The translations under genes were made by a program, and so were the position numbers. Below the pieces are notes generated by a model that searched no databases, was not told the origin of the DNA, and was given only the letters and a program-made list of their open reading frames with translations. Shown one piece after another: positions 63,094 through 63,930 of a DNA stretch of 63,930 nucleotides. Position 1 is the stretch's first letter; each line of letters starts with the position of its first letter. The stretch is from Guillardia theta CCMP2712 (Eukaryota > Protista > Cryptophyta). The stretch lies in contig NW_005434580.1 of NCBI RefSeq assembly GCF_000315625.1, positions 53,170 through 117,099 on the forward strand, given 5' to 3'.

Positions 63094-63780
63094 TCCATCA
63101 TCATCATCATCTCCATCATCATCATCTCCATCATCATCATCTCCATCATCATCATCATCTCCATCAACATCTCCATCAATGTCAACATCATCATCGTCAT
63201 CATCATCATCATTATCATCTCCATCTCCGTCTCCGTCTCCGTCTCCGTCTCTATCATCATCACAACAATGATCAATACATTGTACAATGAAAATAACACC
63301 ACTCTTCCCACCATCAGAAACTCAAACGATTCTCCATATCATATTACCAATTTTTCCAAGATATTCAGCTCGCACTCGAAATTCGAGTCGGTTTTCCTCC
63401 TAATCTCAATCAGCAGGGAAACATCTACGCATAAGACTCTATCTCATCACCTCCTGCTGTTTCCGCGAGTTGTACATGAGCTGTTTGTTGAGAACAAGAT
63501 CAATCCGATTCAGAGCTTTCGACCTCTCATCTCTCTTGTTCGACTTGTTCGACTTGATCAGAAGCGACATCCTGATCTCATCCGGGAACAACGGAGTTGT
63601 CTTCTCTTTCCCATCATCCGATGCTTCCGACCTCCTCTTCTTGGTGAAGAACACAACATCATACATCGTGAGCTGGTTGGCGATCAGCTGCGCTGTCAGC
63701 TCTGCCTGCTGCTGGATCAACCACCCGCATTCGAACATGTAAGATGTTCCCTATTCGAGTAGAAGTCAGACATCTGAGAA
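58100..63780 (-). CDS. Large multi-exon hypothetical gene (possibly two), 5' end likely outside the window; Tudor-like segment, acidic tract, coiled coil
   Basis: Exon-like blocks at 63450-63770, 62872-62960, 62586-62708, 62148-62240, 61458-61875 (LSKGDLVVAHFY...VKIEVGGIQQRVPSSWIRRV), 59586-59670 (heptad-rich) and others, separated by purine/pyrimidine introns. I did not resolve a full model. Confidence 0.45.
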
Positions 63781-63930
63781 CAACTCCCCTGTATCTTTCA
63801 CCCTTTTCGCTCCCCTTCCTTTTTTCTTCTGTCCCATGCTTGCCCTTCTATTTCCTTCCTTTCACTCCTCTCCCCCTCTCCATGCATCCTCATCCATTTT
63901 CCCCTACCACCCCCGCCTCCTCCCCTCCCC

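Noticed and set aside
62265-63762. Poly-His and poly-Ile ORFs (metal-binding or membrane proteins)
   Set aside because: Stop-free frames of CAT repeats, antisense to a - strand gene.

Overview
Eukaryotic, intron-dense nuclear DNA, not prokaryotic. Many ~40-60 nt GT-AG introns, longer introns filled with homopurine/homopyrimidine tracts, and (CAT)n microsatellites resemble a cryptophyte such as Guillardia theta (inference from style only). I spliced the genes by hand, so exon boundaries and termini are approximate. Recognisable genes in order: RPAP2/Rtr1 CTD phosphatase (-); a CaMK-type kinase fused to a C-terminal cyclic-nucleotide-binding domain and a predicted tail anchor (+); a MAPK with a TAY activation loop (+); a membrane-anchored RHG histidine phosphatase (-); formamidase (-); a PAS-like intronless ORF (+); a PDZ-PDZ-RING-H2 protein (-); a large Tudor-like/LysM-like protein (+); a Cdc14-like phosphatase lacking its general-acid Asp (-); GH20 beta-hexosaminidase (+); an EF-hand protein (+); two head-to-head ammonium transporters forming a ~1.4 kb near-perfect inverted repeat; and several unknown genes. 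The most striking non-coding items are a 28 x 40 bp near-perfect tandem array in which each unit carries a box C-like (ATGATGA) and a box D-like (CTGA) motif, a perfect 38 bp element repeated 29 kb apart next to GC islands, TACCC/GGGTA-rich upstream blocks, and a GAATC cluster in the AMT bidirectional promoter. There are four assembly gaps. I could not support any rRNA, tRNA, CRISPR array or transposase.
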